Source: Eledone cirrhosa
Taxonomy: Eukaryota
Length of the DNA: 64,000 bases
Assembly (NCBI GenBank): GCA_964016885.1
Contig: OZ024747.1
Coordinates: forward strand, 87,606,001 to 87,670,000
Reading direction: 5' to 3'
Of the stretch, positions 50,097 through 62,809 are shown one piece after another. Within the stretch, counting starts at the first letter, position 1; the number at the start of each line of letters is the position of its first letter. Both the position numbers and the translations under genes were made by a program. The notes beneath the pieces are model-generated. The model was not told the origin of the DNA and did not search any database. It saw only the letters and a list, made by a program, of their open reading frames with translations.

Positions 50097-52210
50097 AAAA
50101 AAGACATGTTCATAATTGGTCCTTTAATATGTCAAAATATATTTCTTATTTACTGAAGAGAGAGGGGCAAAGAGGGAGGGAAAGAGAGAGACAGGCTGAT
50201 TCTGCGTGTGTGTTAATTTATATTGGTATTTCTCCCATCTCTGCTGGTATTTCAGCAGAACCAAATAGTTAAATAGTAGCTTCATGACCATATATACACC
50301 ATATATCAACACATAAACACATACATAGTCTCATACCAAATATAAATGGCACAGAAGTGTGTGTACATACACACAAACACACATATTCATACACACACCG
50401 ACAAACATTTGCACACACACACATGCAAACATACAAATACATACACATTGTCAACAAATTATATTTAAATATACAAGATATAGTCATGTTTAGTTGATAC
50501 ACTTCTCTCTTTCCTACTTAACTTTTCTTCTCTCTAACTCATTCTCTAGCTTTTTCCATGGTGTGTCTGCTATTTTATTCTTTCTCTTTAGTTCTTTTCA
50601 GTCTGTTACTTCCTTCCTTATTACCCCTTCTCTTATTTTCTTCTCTCATTCTTATTCTCATACATACACTTTAGGCATTTCAACATGGTTAACATTGCCT
50701 ATTTAGCAGAAATAGATCAAACCAAGGACAGCTTACCAGTGCCAAACAGTTCCACAACTGTGTAATAATACAGTAATTATGTATGTGTGTGTGTGTGCAT
50801 GTGTGTGTGGAGGAATAGTTGTATTAGTGGTAGGGGGTAAGGTAATGGATGGTGGTAGGGGGTCCTATATATGAAATAGGGAATTATACTTACTATGTTT
50901 GTGTGCACGCACATGTGCGTGTGTGTGTAAGCAAATTGGGGCATGAGGAGTGAGAAGAGGCAAGAGACAGAAAGAAAGAGAAAGGGTATGAGACATTAAA
51001 TGAAGAAGACTATAAAAATATAGACAACAAGAGCATCACCAGAAACATTTAGTCTTACTATTTAGTCATTCAATCATGCCTGTCTCTCTATCCCTTGGTA
51101 TTAAGTTGCTAGTAGTAATGATACCAAAAACTAGCCAAAAAAATTGCAATGCTAATCCTTCTATCAAATGTAACAATTGACTCACATAATGAGACTGGTG
51201 GAGTTCACACCTTGGCAGTAGTGGCATCGCAGATGAACTCAGAATATAAAGAGTTGAAGGAGCTACCACAAGGCATCACATCTGATGCTCTAATAATTCC
51301 ACTAATCTAACAGCCTGGATTGGTACTTTATCAACCCAAAAATGAAGGCATGCAATGTTGATTGTGGCAGGATCAGGACTCAGCACACAGAAAGCTGGAA
51401 CAAATACACTTTAATCCAATTTTTTAACTCTGCCAATTTGTCACAACTCCCTCGATATCTCCACTGTAGTTCATTTTTAACCTTCTACTTCAAAATGTTC
51501 AAATATCTCTCATATCCCACAACAGCCATTCCATTACCAAACTTTCACTTACTGCCTATATTTTTGAATTTATTTTAAATAAAATCAAGAACTTGTAGAA
51601 ATATAGTAAAGCAACTGTCATTATTAAGCTGGTGAAGAGCAGTGGATTGGCAGAGTCAGTAGAGCATTATACTACATTCTTTACAGCATATAGTTACATC
51701 CCTTTATGTTTTGAGTTCAAATCCTGCTGAGGTTAGCTTTGTCTTTCATCCTTACAGAGTCGATAAAATAAAGTACCAGTAATGCACTGGGGTTGATTTG
51801 CTCAACTTTACCCTTCTCCAAAATTGCTGACCTTGTGCCTCAATCAGAAACCATTATTAAGCTGGTGAGTGGAACAAAATAAAATACTTTTATATAGAAT
51901 TAGGTTGGACATTTTAATTTAAACATGAACATGGTAAAATGTATCAGAACTAGTGACAATCAAGGACAGGTTAGTATGAAAAGGGTTCAAACAATCTGTA
52001 TACAACAATATATCTTGATAACCTATTTTCTCTAGCCATACCCAAATCCTGGTATTTCTTGTAGCATACACTCTTCTATAGTGTCTATGTTAGTACAGTC
52101 CCAGTTCTGTACTCAAATCCTCACATCCCTTCAAAAGACCGCAATGGGGTTCCCCTCTTATTTCTCAGCTGTCAAATTATTGTTTCAATCATTTCAATTT
52201 TCACTCTATT

Positions 52211-52293
52211 GAAAAGATTTACTGGATCTGGATGAGACACTAATCCATTAATCCCACATAATCTTATCACAACGGAATTAGCCTGATTTTGTC
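52211..52293 (+). pseudogene. Possible decayed fragment of a CTDNEP1/Dullard-like FCP/SCP phosphatase
   Basis: one frame reads LDLDETLIH*SHIILSQRN*PDFV, preceded by aag att (KI) across a small deletion. Confidence 0.4.
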
Positions 52294-52719
52294 TGCTGCT
52301 TACTACCCACTCTTTCTCTCTCTCTCTCTATATATATATATACCAATTTCTCCCCTTCTCTCTCATCATATACCCCTCTGTCTCTCGTTTCCTCTAAGAA
52401 TTAAGGTATAAATGTATATCTTCAATGAATTCACAGCTGTTGTTGATTCAGCAGATTTCCTCCTCATAACAAATGGCTACCTTCCTCTTCTCTAAATTTC
52501 CCTACTACAAATCCTAATCCAAATACACACACACTTGCTGATGTGATCTTTCAGCCATTCTAAAAGTGAATTAAACTATTTTCAAAAGGCATCACACAGT
52601 ACAGACCATTAATTTCAGTATATTGCAAACTTTTCAAGGTTTAATGTAAACATATGCAACCTTGGGTAACAGAATGGGAAGCACAAATATACAATAAATT
52701 GTTTCATAGTTTTTATATA

Positions 52720-52900
52720 ATTGTTTCTACTTTTGGAACAAGGCCAGCAATTACCCAGTACATTACTGGTACTTTATTTTATCGACCCCGTAAGGATGAA
52801 AAGTAAAGTTAACCTCGGTAGGATTTGAACTCAGATCATAAAGGGTCGTAACTCTATGCTACAAAGCATGACGTCCGACCCTCTACCGATACTGCCAATC
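52720..52900 (-). mobile_element. SINE family B
   Basis: homologous to 31820 and 35241; further copies near 23660, 33865, 34762, 51640, 58915 and 60768. Confidence 0.85.
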
Positions 52901-53954
52901 CCTGTTTAGTATTATTAATGATATTAAAGGTGGGTAGTGGAATAAGAGAAACAATCAAGCACTGAATGAAATGCCTTGAAATATTTAGAAACCTCTACTA
53001 AAATTGGGTGAAACAAATACCATTAAGGTATTTCCATTCAAGAGGAACAGATTTCTCGTTTAAGTTTTTTGAATTACATTGCCAAAATATAAACACACAC
53101 ATGCACACACAACACAACAGAATTCTGCATAGTTTCTGATTACCAAATTCTACTCACAGTGCATTAGTCAAGCTGGGGTTATGGTAAGAGAAATTATCAC
53201 ATCTGCTTGAGGCTCTGCATAGTGGGATTGAACCCATAACTACATGGCAGTGGAAAAAATCTTCTAAACCACACAGCTACATGTCTGTACCATTGACTCA
53301 GTGAGTAGATTTATTTGAGAGTTTTATTTGTTTTTGAGAGAGAATTCCATAGAAGAAGATAATTTGGGGATGGTTTTCACAATAACCAAAGTTGTCCATA
53401 TTAAATATCATTTAGATCATCCCTCTTAATTTTCCTTAAAAGTGCATGAAGGGTTTGGCTAAACAGAAGAGTGTAGTAAAAGGGTTAACACTGTATGAGT
53501 TTGTAAATGGGTGTGTGAGAGAGAGAGAGAAAGAGGGGGAGGGGGTAGAAAGAGAGAGAGAAAGAGGGGGGGGGGGGGTAGAAAGAGAGAGAGAGAGTGT
53601 GTGTGTGTGTATATGCATACAAAAACATGCATATGAAAACTGAAGAGAGGGTGTGTAAAAATAAAAGGTAAGTAGAGAAAATTGTATACAAACATGTGTG
53701 TGTGTACTAGTCAATACATATACATCTTCATGCACACACACACACACAAAGACAACAACAACAACAACACACTCATAAAGATCTCTTCAATCAATAAAGA
53801 CTATTTACTCACAAAGTAAACAACAGAAAGATTATCCACTAATAGTCTTTTATTTTAATAATAGAGAGCCTAAATTATCATTGATATCAAGTCGTTGCCT
53901 CTTACAGATATAAACATGAATATACAAACAAACACAAAAACACACATACACACA

Positions 53955-54760
53955 CAAGCAGCAGCACCTACATCACCACCTCCAGCACCACTATCACCAA
54001 CACCACCACTAGCATTCATACCAGCAGCAGCACCAACATCAACACCAACACTAGCAACTATACCAGCAGCACCACCACCACCAACACCACCACCACTAGC
54101 ATTCATACCAGTAGTAGCACCACCACCACCACCAACCATACCACCCCCACCACCAGCATTCATACCAGTAGTAGCACCACCACCACCAACACCACCACTA
54201 GCAACCATACCACCACCACCACCACCACTAGCATTCATACCAGTAGTAGCACCACCACCACCACCACCACCACCACTAGCATTCATACCAGTAGTAGCAC
54301 CACCATCACCACCACCACCACTAGCAACCACACCAGTAGTAGCACCACCACCACTAGCATTCATACCAGCAGCACCACCACCACCATCACCAACACCACC
54401 ACCAGCATTCATACCAGTAGTAGAAACCACCACCAACACCACCACTAGCAACCATACCAGCAGCACCACCACCACTAGCATTCGTACCAGTAGTAGCACC
54501 ACCGCCACCATTACCAACACCACCACCACCACCACTATCGCCAACACCACCACTATCGCCAACACCACCACTAGCATTCATACCAGTAGTAGCACCACCA
54601 CCACTAGCAACCATACCAGTAGTAGCACCACCAACACCACCACTAGCACCACCACCACCACTATTACCAACACCACCACCACCACCACTATCGCCAACAC
54701 CAGCAGTAGCATCACCACCACTATCACCAGCACCACCACCACCATCACTACTACCAAATG
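53955..54760. repeat. (ACC)n-based compound minisatellite
   Basis: recurring ccaccactagcattcataccagtagtagca; accounts for the Pro/Thr and Gly/Val ORFs. Confidence 0.9.
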
Positions 54761-55047
54761 TTATCAGCCTGTTTAGTTATTCAGTTATTTCATGATTAAT
54801 CATCCCAGATGGCCTACAGCTGAAGTAGATTCTTTAAAATAATCTTTATTGTTTCATGTTTCTTAGTTCAAATCTGTCCAAGGTTGACCTTGTCTTTCAC
54901 TCCCACAACAAGATCAATAAAATATATGTCACTGATATATTGGAGGTTTTGAGAGAAAAAAATTGAAATAAAGACCTACAAAGTATTGGTACTACATAAC
55001 TCTTGGTAACTAACTGCCCCTAGTTCTATGATATGAAACTGTTTTAA

Positions 55048-55265
55048 TCCTTAGGCATTTAAACTGGCCATATCTGGCCAGAATTCTCTCACCTCTTTCT
55101 GTTCAAACCGGCCATAACCAGTTGCTCATACTTATGTTAAGGTATTGTTCTCAAAATAAATAGTATCAAAATCTCCTAGATTCGATATTATGTGAGATAA
55201 TGTGAGATAAAGCGTTTACTGTGAAAATACAATAGTAAATGTAGAGTAATGTAAATGCTAAAGAG
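55048..55265. mobile_element. TTAA MITE copy
   Basis: aligns with 13501-13721; TTAA on both sides. Confidence 0.8.
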
Positions 55266-55369
55266 TTAAAGTGTTTATCTAAAAACTTTCCATCATAATT
55301 TTATATTTCAAACACTAGCTTCAGCATTCAGTCACAAGAAGGGAGATAGATGTAAAAGCCCATTTGTTA

Positions 55370-55670
55370 TTTGTGCCGACTCTTACCTAATGTCATGAAT
55401 ATTGGGTAATAAATGAAAGAATATCATTGAGAATACAAGTGACCGAAATGGCGTTACTTGATAGGGTGTGTAGTTCAGAGCCACTACTTCCCCAAATTGA
55501 GAAATCACACCTCCAATATTACGGACATGGTCAGAATGTTTAAGCAAAAGAATCATTGGAAAGATTTTGTGGGTAAAACCAACCAGAAGAAGAATCAAGG
55601 GTAGACCCCCCCAAGCAAGATGATTGAATAACATCCAAGAGCTCAGCTGGTCTCATTTGAGGATCCAGGT
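55370..55670 (+). mobile_element. RTE (Expander-like) relic
   Basis: homologous to 23150-23460 (gagccactactt, LQYYGH, gggtagaccc). Confidence 0.72.
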
Positions 55671-56313
55671 GGGTGAATTTGAGGGCAAGAAGAACAACAA
55701 CATTAGCATAATATTGAGAAAGTTAGTTATATTACTAAATCTCTACAAATTTTTCAATTTTTCTTTTAAATCAATCAAAAATCATAGGCAGAATTTTTTT
55801 GGAGATGTATGGTAATGAAATGGTAACACAGGTGCTTTGAAACCACATAGATAACTTTATTTTTCTAAATTTAAAAAAAAAAATGAATAAAAAATAAAAA
55901 TAATAAAAAATGTCTAAAATAAAAAGCAAATAAAATTTTATCAAAACAATTTCTCTCATACATATTTATATACATTATTATTTACAGCAAAGGATTCAGT
56001 TATGAGAGCCTCATACCATGACAACATACTATGTAATAACACAAACAGCATGCAATAAAGGGAGGGGGAAAGAAGTATGTCTATAAAATTAAAATGAATC
56101 TGTTAGCTTGACAGTATATTTTCCCTTATAAGGTATGATGTTATATTAGCTTGAGAGTATTTTATATTATATCTGATTTTATATTGTTTTTCATATTAAT
56201 CAGTATGTCTTTATCACAGTAATTCTCCAAAATAAAGAGAATAATATCTACATTAAGTATCAATAGTTTAGAAGCAGCATACCAACTGTTTATCTTGTGT
56301 ACACACACACATA

Positions 56314-56970
56314 TACAAGGTTTGTTCCAAAAGTAAGAGTACTGATTTTCCTATGTACGACATGGTAACGCAGCAACTCAATGTATGTAGTGTCAGTTAT
56401 GACCTTGGCTGCATGTACACACTTGTCTCAACATGATCAATTGAGTCAGTCATAAGTTATTGCTTTTTATGTACGGACATGTTTATAATCTCTGTTATGA
56501 TTCAAGAACCTATCAAACAATGATATGTAGTAAAATTTTGATTGAAATCAACAAATCTATTACATTTATTTCTTAAATACAAGCTTATGGAGATGCCACT
56601 ATCGAGAAGTAAGGGTTTTGAGTGGCATAAAATGCTTTCAAAGACAGCCAAGGAAATGTTGAACATAAACCTCATTCTGGAAGGTCAATCTTGTCAACAA
56701 ATGAACAAAATGTGGAAGTAGTGTAGACGGTGATGGCGAAAGATTGCTGATTAAGTGTTAGGATGATTGCAGAAGAAACAGGGTTGGATAAAAATGCAGT
56801 TCACAGAATTTTAACTGACCATTTGCTCATGCAAAGAAATTGTGCAAAACTAGTGCCCAAACACTTGTATGTAGATCAAAAAGTGAACCAGATGGAAATT
56901 TGTCAGGGTTTGCAAGAAATACTCAAACGAGCCAAATTTCTTGGATAAAATAATAACAGGAGATGAATCA
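56314..56970 (+). mobile_element. Truncated, decayed mariner transposon
   Basis: TA plus caaggtttgttccaaaagta TIR-like end; HTH region AYGDA...FEWHK, SGR, LSVRMIAEETGLDKNAVHRILTDHL, CAKLVPK, ending at the first catalytic motif IITGDE. Confidence 0.88.
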
Positions 56971-58039
56971 TTGCAATCATCATTTTTCCCATGTGGACAT
57001 GGGTTGGATGGGTTGTTATAGACCAAGTCAGTACTTAATTAGAGATACTGACCTCCCAGACAGAATGGAGGCCACGCCATACATGACAATTTTAGCAGGA
57101 TTTCTACATCTGGTTGCTCTTCCTAATGCCAATCTCTCTCTCTCTCTGTTAACTCATTATCTCTCAGCCAAATCACATCCTATCATTTAAAAAGAAATAG
57201 AATGACACATATATAGATATATGGGATCATATAGTTCTTTTTACACTGTCTGAAAGATGGTCATGCCTGGAACACTTTTAATCATATCTTCTTTACCAGG
57301 GTTGGCTCATTTCTAAACAAACTACAGTCCCTTAACAGCAGTAATTTTTTCATTTTTCAACAAAATATTTATTCAAATTTTCAAAATACATTTATTTATA
57401 GTATCGTAATGACAAAAAGAAAGAAAATGAAAAAAGAAAAAGGGCGGGGGTAAACTTTACACCCTCGGTTGGCCGTATATTTCAGTTGTACCCAGTAAAT
57501 AAAATGGTTGAAAACAGAGAAACAGCCATCTGTACCTATTGTATCAGTTATACCACCTCACGGGGCTTATTCTTCAGATGTGATGTCCTCGTCCCAATTT
57601 GGTGGAGGAAAACAGCAGTCCCATGACAACATTGGTGGTGTGCAGGACAGCAGTTGGGTATGCAACATAGCAGACAGTAGTAGTAGCAATGTCAAACATA
57701 AGGGTGTGTATGCATGGGTACAGCAACAAAAATAGCAGCATCAGTATTAATAGGGATGGAAATGCAAAAACGAAAGAAAATAATAATAATAAATAACAAT
57801 AACGCCCCCCCCCCCTCCTTTCAGAAAATTAAGAATAAAGGTGTGAAGAACAGTCATAATAGTATCCTTTGTAATAAGGGTGCTGAGAATAGCAGTAGTA
57901 GTAGTTGCAGCAGCAGTAAGAGTGTGTAGAAAAACAATTGTAATGATGGGGGTGGTAGCAGGGATGATGGGGGTGGTAGTTGATGATGGAGGTGTTGAAC
58001 AACAGAAGAAACGGTAGTATAAGAAATAAGGGTGTGGAA

Positions 58040-58330
58040 AACAGTAGTAGTAGTAGTGGAGATAGTAGTAGTAGTAGTGGCTGTAGTAGAGGTAGTAGTA
58101 GTAGTAGTGGCTGTAGTAGAGGTAGTAGTAGTAGTAGTGGCTGTAGTAGAGGTAGTAGTAGTAGTAGTGGCTGTAGTAGAGGTAGTAGTAGTAGTAGTGG
58201 CTGTAGTAGAGGTAGTAGTAGTAGTAGTGGCTGTAGTAGAGGTAGTAGTAGTGGCTGTAGTAGAGGTAGTAGTAGTGGCTGTAGTAATAGTATTAGTAGT
58301 AGTAGTGGCTGTAGTAGAGGTAGTAGTAGT
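58040..58330. repeat. 30-bp (GTA)n-derived minisatellite
   Basis: unit ggctgtagtagaggtagtagtagtagtagt. Confidence 0.92.
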
Positions 58331-58408
58331 GTTGCAGTATTAATAGAAGTAACATCAGCTGTGTAATAACAGTAGTAATAGTTGTAGCAGTATCAGTAGT
58401 ATATACAG

Positions 58409-58700
58409 TGGAGGTGTGTGGCCTAGTGGTAAGGGTGTTGGACTTACAATCATAATGTTGTGGATTCAATTCTGGGCTGGGTTGCGTGGTGTGATCTTGA
58501 GCAAAACACTTCATTTAATGTTGCTCCAGTATACTTGGCTGAAAATGAGTACCAGCAATAGCTGGGCTTTAACTCTACGATGGACTGGTGTCCTGTCCAG
58601 GGGGGAATCTTGTACTCTCAGTCACTTCACACCATGAGACCAGGATAAGCACCAGCCTAATAAACCTTCTAGCTGAAGACAGACTTTAGACTTTTAGACT
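58409..58700 (+). mobile_element. tRNA-derived SINE family C
   Basis: A box TGGCCTAGTGG, B box-like GGATTCAATTC, cgatggactggtgtcctgtccagggg core, agacttt tail. Confidence 0.82.
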
Positions 58701-59125
58701 TGGTGTATGTTATTGGCCTTGGCAGGATTTGAACTCAGAACTCAGGAACAAGAATAAATACCACAGGTATTTTGTTCAATGCTCTACCGATTTTGCCAAT
58801 TCCAGATTCCAGAAAATAAAGTAGCAGTCAAGTACTGTGATTGATTTAATATACTTGCCTCCTCCCCCTCCCACAGATTGATGGTCTTGTGCCTAAACTA
58901 GGAACCATTATTATTACGGCCCTTGCCAATCTGAGTTCAAATCCCGCCGGGGTTAACTTTGCCTTTCATCCTTACGGGGTCAATAAATAAAGCACCAGTA
59001 ATGCACTGGGTAATTGCTGGCCTTGTGCCTAAAGTAGAAACAATTATTATTACTGGATTGGCGGTATCGGTAGGGAGTTGGACAACATGCTTTGTGGCAT
59101 GTAGTTACGTCCCTTTGTGTTCTAA

Positions 59126-59330
59126 GTGGTGGTGATTGTAGTAGTAGCAGCAGTGGTGGTGGTGGTGGTGGTGGTGGTGGTGGTGGTGGTGGTGGTGGTG
59201 GTGGTAGTAGTAGCAGCAGTGGTGGTGGTGGTGGTGGTGGTGGTAGTAGTAGTAGTAGCAGCAGCAGCAGTGGTGGTGGTGGTGGTGGTAGTAGTAGTAG
59301 TAGCAGTAGTAGTAGTAGTGGTGGTGGTGC

Positions 59331-59373
<43 letters not shown>

Positions 59374-61500
59374 GGTGGTGGTGGTGGTGGTGGTGGTAGT
59401 GGTAGTAGTAGCAGCAGCAACAGTAAATGCAATGCCAAAAGATGATACCCACAACTGTAATAATATCAGTAGCAACAGTCATATCAGTAATATGATGATG
59501 GTGGTGTGAGTAGTTCTGGCAGAGGTGGTGGTGGTGGTGTGAGTAGTTCTGGCAGAGGTGGTGGTGGTGGTGGTGTGAGTAGTTCTGGCAGAGGTGGTGG
59601 TGGTGGTGTGAGTAGTTCTGGCAGAGGTGGTGGTGGTGGTGGTGTGAGTAGTTCTGGCAGAAGTGGTGGTGGTGGTGTGAGTAGTTCTGGCAGAGGTGGT
59701 GGTGGTGGTGTGAGTAGTTCTGGCAGAGGTGGTGGTGGTGGTGTGAGTAGTTCTGGCAGAGGAGGTGGTGGTGGTGTGAGTAGTTCTGGCAGAGGTGGTG
59801 GTGGTGGTGTGAGTAGTTCTGGCAGAGGTGGTGGTGGTGGTGTGAGTAGTTCTGGCAGAGGTGGTGGTGGTGATGTGAGTAGTTCTGGCAGAGGTGGTGG
59901 TGGTGGTGTGAGTAGTTCTGGCAGAGGTGGTGGTGGTGGTGGTGTGAGTAGTTCTGGCAGAGGTGGTGGTGTGAGTAGTTCTGGCAGAGGTGGTGGTGTG
60001 AGTAGTTCTGGCAGAGGTGGTGGTGTGAGTAGTTCTGGCAGAGGTGGTGGTGTGAGTAGTTCTGGCAGAGGTGGTGGTGTGAGTAGTTCTGGCAGAGGTG
60101 GTGGTGGTGGTGTGAGTAGTTCTGGCAGAGGTGGTGGTGTGAGTAGTTCTGGCAGAGGTGGTGGTGTGAGTAGTTCTGGCAGAGGTGGTGGTGTGAGTAG
60201 TTCTGGCAGAGGAGGTGGTGGTGGTGTGAGTAGTTCTGGCAGAGGTGGTGGTGGTGGTGTGAGTAGTTCTGGCAGAGGTGGTGGTGGTGGTGTGAGTAGT
60301 TCTGGCAGAGGAGGTGGTGGTGGTGTGCAGGACATCAGTATTATTATCATTACCGTCATTATCGATGTAACCATCACTACCACCAGTAACATTATCAACA
60401 TCACTATGAACATCACAATCATCATCATCATCATAACTACCATCATCATAACTACCATCATCATCATCATCATAACTACCATCATCATAACTACCATCAT
60501 CATCATCATCATAACTACCATCATCATAACTATCAACATCAACATCGTAACTACCAACATCATCGTAACTACCATCATCAACATCATAACTACCATCATC
60601 AACATCATAACTACCATCATCAACATCATAACTACCATCATCAACATCATAACTACCATCATCAACATCATAACTACCATCATCAACATCATAACTACCA
60701 TCATCAACATCATAACTACCATCATCAACATCGTAACTAACAACATCATCACTACTCTCCACATCACAGTGGATTGGCAGTATCAGTAGAGGGTCGGACG
60801 CCATGCTTTGACGCATAGAGTTACGGCCCTTGCCATTCTGAGTTCAAATCCCGCCGAGGTTAACTTTGCCTTTCATCCTTACGGGGTCGATAAAATAAAG
60901 TACCAGTAATGCACTGGGGGTTGATTTAATTAACTTTCCATTCCGCTTCAAATTGCTGGCCTTGTGCCAAATGTAGAAATCATTATTATTACCAGCATTA
61001 CACCATCACTATCACCATCACCATCACCACTATCACCATCATCATCATCACTATCATCATCACCATCACTATCATCAGCATCATCATCATCACCATCACT
61101 ATCATCATCAGAATCACTATCATCATCATCATCATCACCATCACTATCATCAGCATCAGCATCACTATCATCATCATCACCATCATCAGCATCACTATCA
61201 TCACTATCATCAGCATCACTATCATCACTATCATCATCATCATCATCACCATCACTATCATCATCACCATCACTATCATCAGCATCACTATCATCATCAT
61301 CATCACCATCACTATCATCACCATCACTATCATCACTATCATCATCATCAGCATCACTATCATCATCATCACCATCACTATCATCATCACTATCATCATC
61401 AATATCAACATTACCATTACATTGCCATCACTATCAACAACATTGAGCCTATCACCATCCCCATCATCATCATCGTCATCATCATCACCAACAACAATAG
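59126..61500. repeat. Field of GGT/GTA/CAT microsatellites and minisatellites (GTGAGTAGTTCTGGCAGA(GGT)n at 59505-60325; 21-bp CAT unit at 60420-60750), with a SINE B at 60768-60990
   Basis: periodicity visible directly in the sequence. Confidence 0.95.
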
Positions 61501-61579
61501 TATCATTACACTGGAAGCAGAGTGTATGTGCTTGTGTGTGCATGTGAGTGTGTGCATGCATGTGTGCGTGTATATATAG

Positions 61580-62360
61580 ATGTGTGAGTGTGTTTCTGTG
61601 TCAGTGTATGTGTGTGTGTGTATGTCTGAGTGCGTTTCTCGTGTGTATCAGTGTGTATGGCTGAGTGTGTTTTTGTGTTCTGTCTGTGTGTATGTCTGAA
61701 TGTGTTACTATGTCAGTGTGTGTGTGTGTGTGTTTCTGTATCAGTGTATGTGTGTGTGTGTATGTCTGAGTGCGTTTCTCGTGTGTGTCAGTGTGTGTGT
61801 ATCAGTGTGTATGGCTGAGTGTGTTTTTGTGTTCTGTCTGTGTGTATGTCTGAATGTGTTACTATGTCAGTGTGTGTGTGTGTGTGTTTCTGTATCAGTG
61901 TATGTGTGTGTGTGTATGTCTGAGTGCGTTTCTCGTGTGTGTCAGTGTGTGTGTATCAGTGTGTATGGCTGAGTGTGTTTTTGTGTTCTGTCTGTGTGTA
62001 TGTCTGAATGTGTTACTATGTCAGTGTGTGTGTGTGTGTGTTTCTGTGTCAGTGTATGTGTGTGTGTGTATGTCTGAGTGCGTTTCTCGTGTGTGTCAGT
62101 GTGTATGGCTGAGTGTGTTTTTGTGTTCTGTCTGTGTGTATGTCTGAATGTGTTACTATGTCAGTGTGTGTGTGTGTGTGTTTCTGTATCAGTGTATGTG
62201 TGTGTGTGTGTGTATGTCTGAGTGCGTTTCTCGTGTGTGTCAGTGTGTGTGTATCAGTGTGTATGGCTGAGTGTGTTTTTGTGTTCTGTTTGTGTGTATG
62301 TCTGAATGTGTTACTATGTCAGTGTGTGTGTGTGTGTGTTTCTGTATCAGTGTATGTGTG
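61580..62360. repeat. TG-rich higher-order tandem repeat, ~140-154 bp period, about 5 copies
   Basis: tatgtctgagtgcgtttctcgtg recurs at 61621, 61761, 61915, 62069 and 62213. Confidence 0.9.
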
Positions 62361-62809
62361 TGTGTGTGTGTCTGAGTGTCAGTGTCTGTATGTGTGTCTG
62401 AGTGTCAGTGTGTGTGTGCATATGTGTGTGAGTGTGTCAGTGTCTGTGTGTGTGTGTACATACATGTCTGTGTCTGTGAGTGTCTGTATGTGTGTGTCAG
62501 TGTGTGTGCGTGTGTGTGTGCTTCAGTGTCTGTGAGTGTGTGTTAGTGTGTGTGTGTGTGTACATACATGTCTGTGTCTGTGAGTGTCTGTATGTGTGTG
62601 TCAGTGTGTGTGCGTGTGTGTGCTTCAGTGTCAGTGTGTGTGTGTTTCAGTGTGTGTGTCAGTGTGTGTTAGTGTGTGTGTGTGTGTGTGTGTGTTTCAG
62701 TGTGATGACTAACACATCTAACCTGACTAGTCAGAGGAGTGGTGAGAGAGATGTCTGGATAGAATGTCATTGCTTGGGTACTTTAGCTGAACCAACTGAT
62801 GATACTGTG

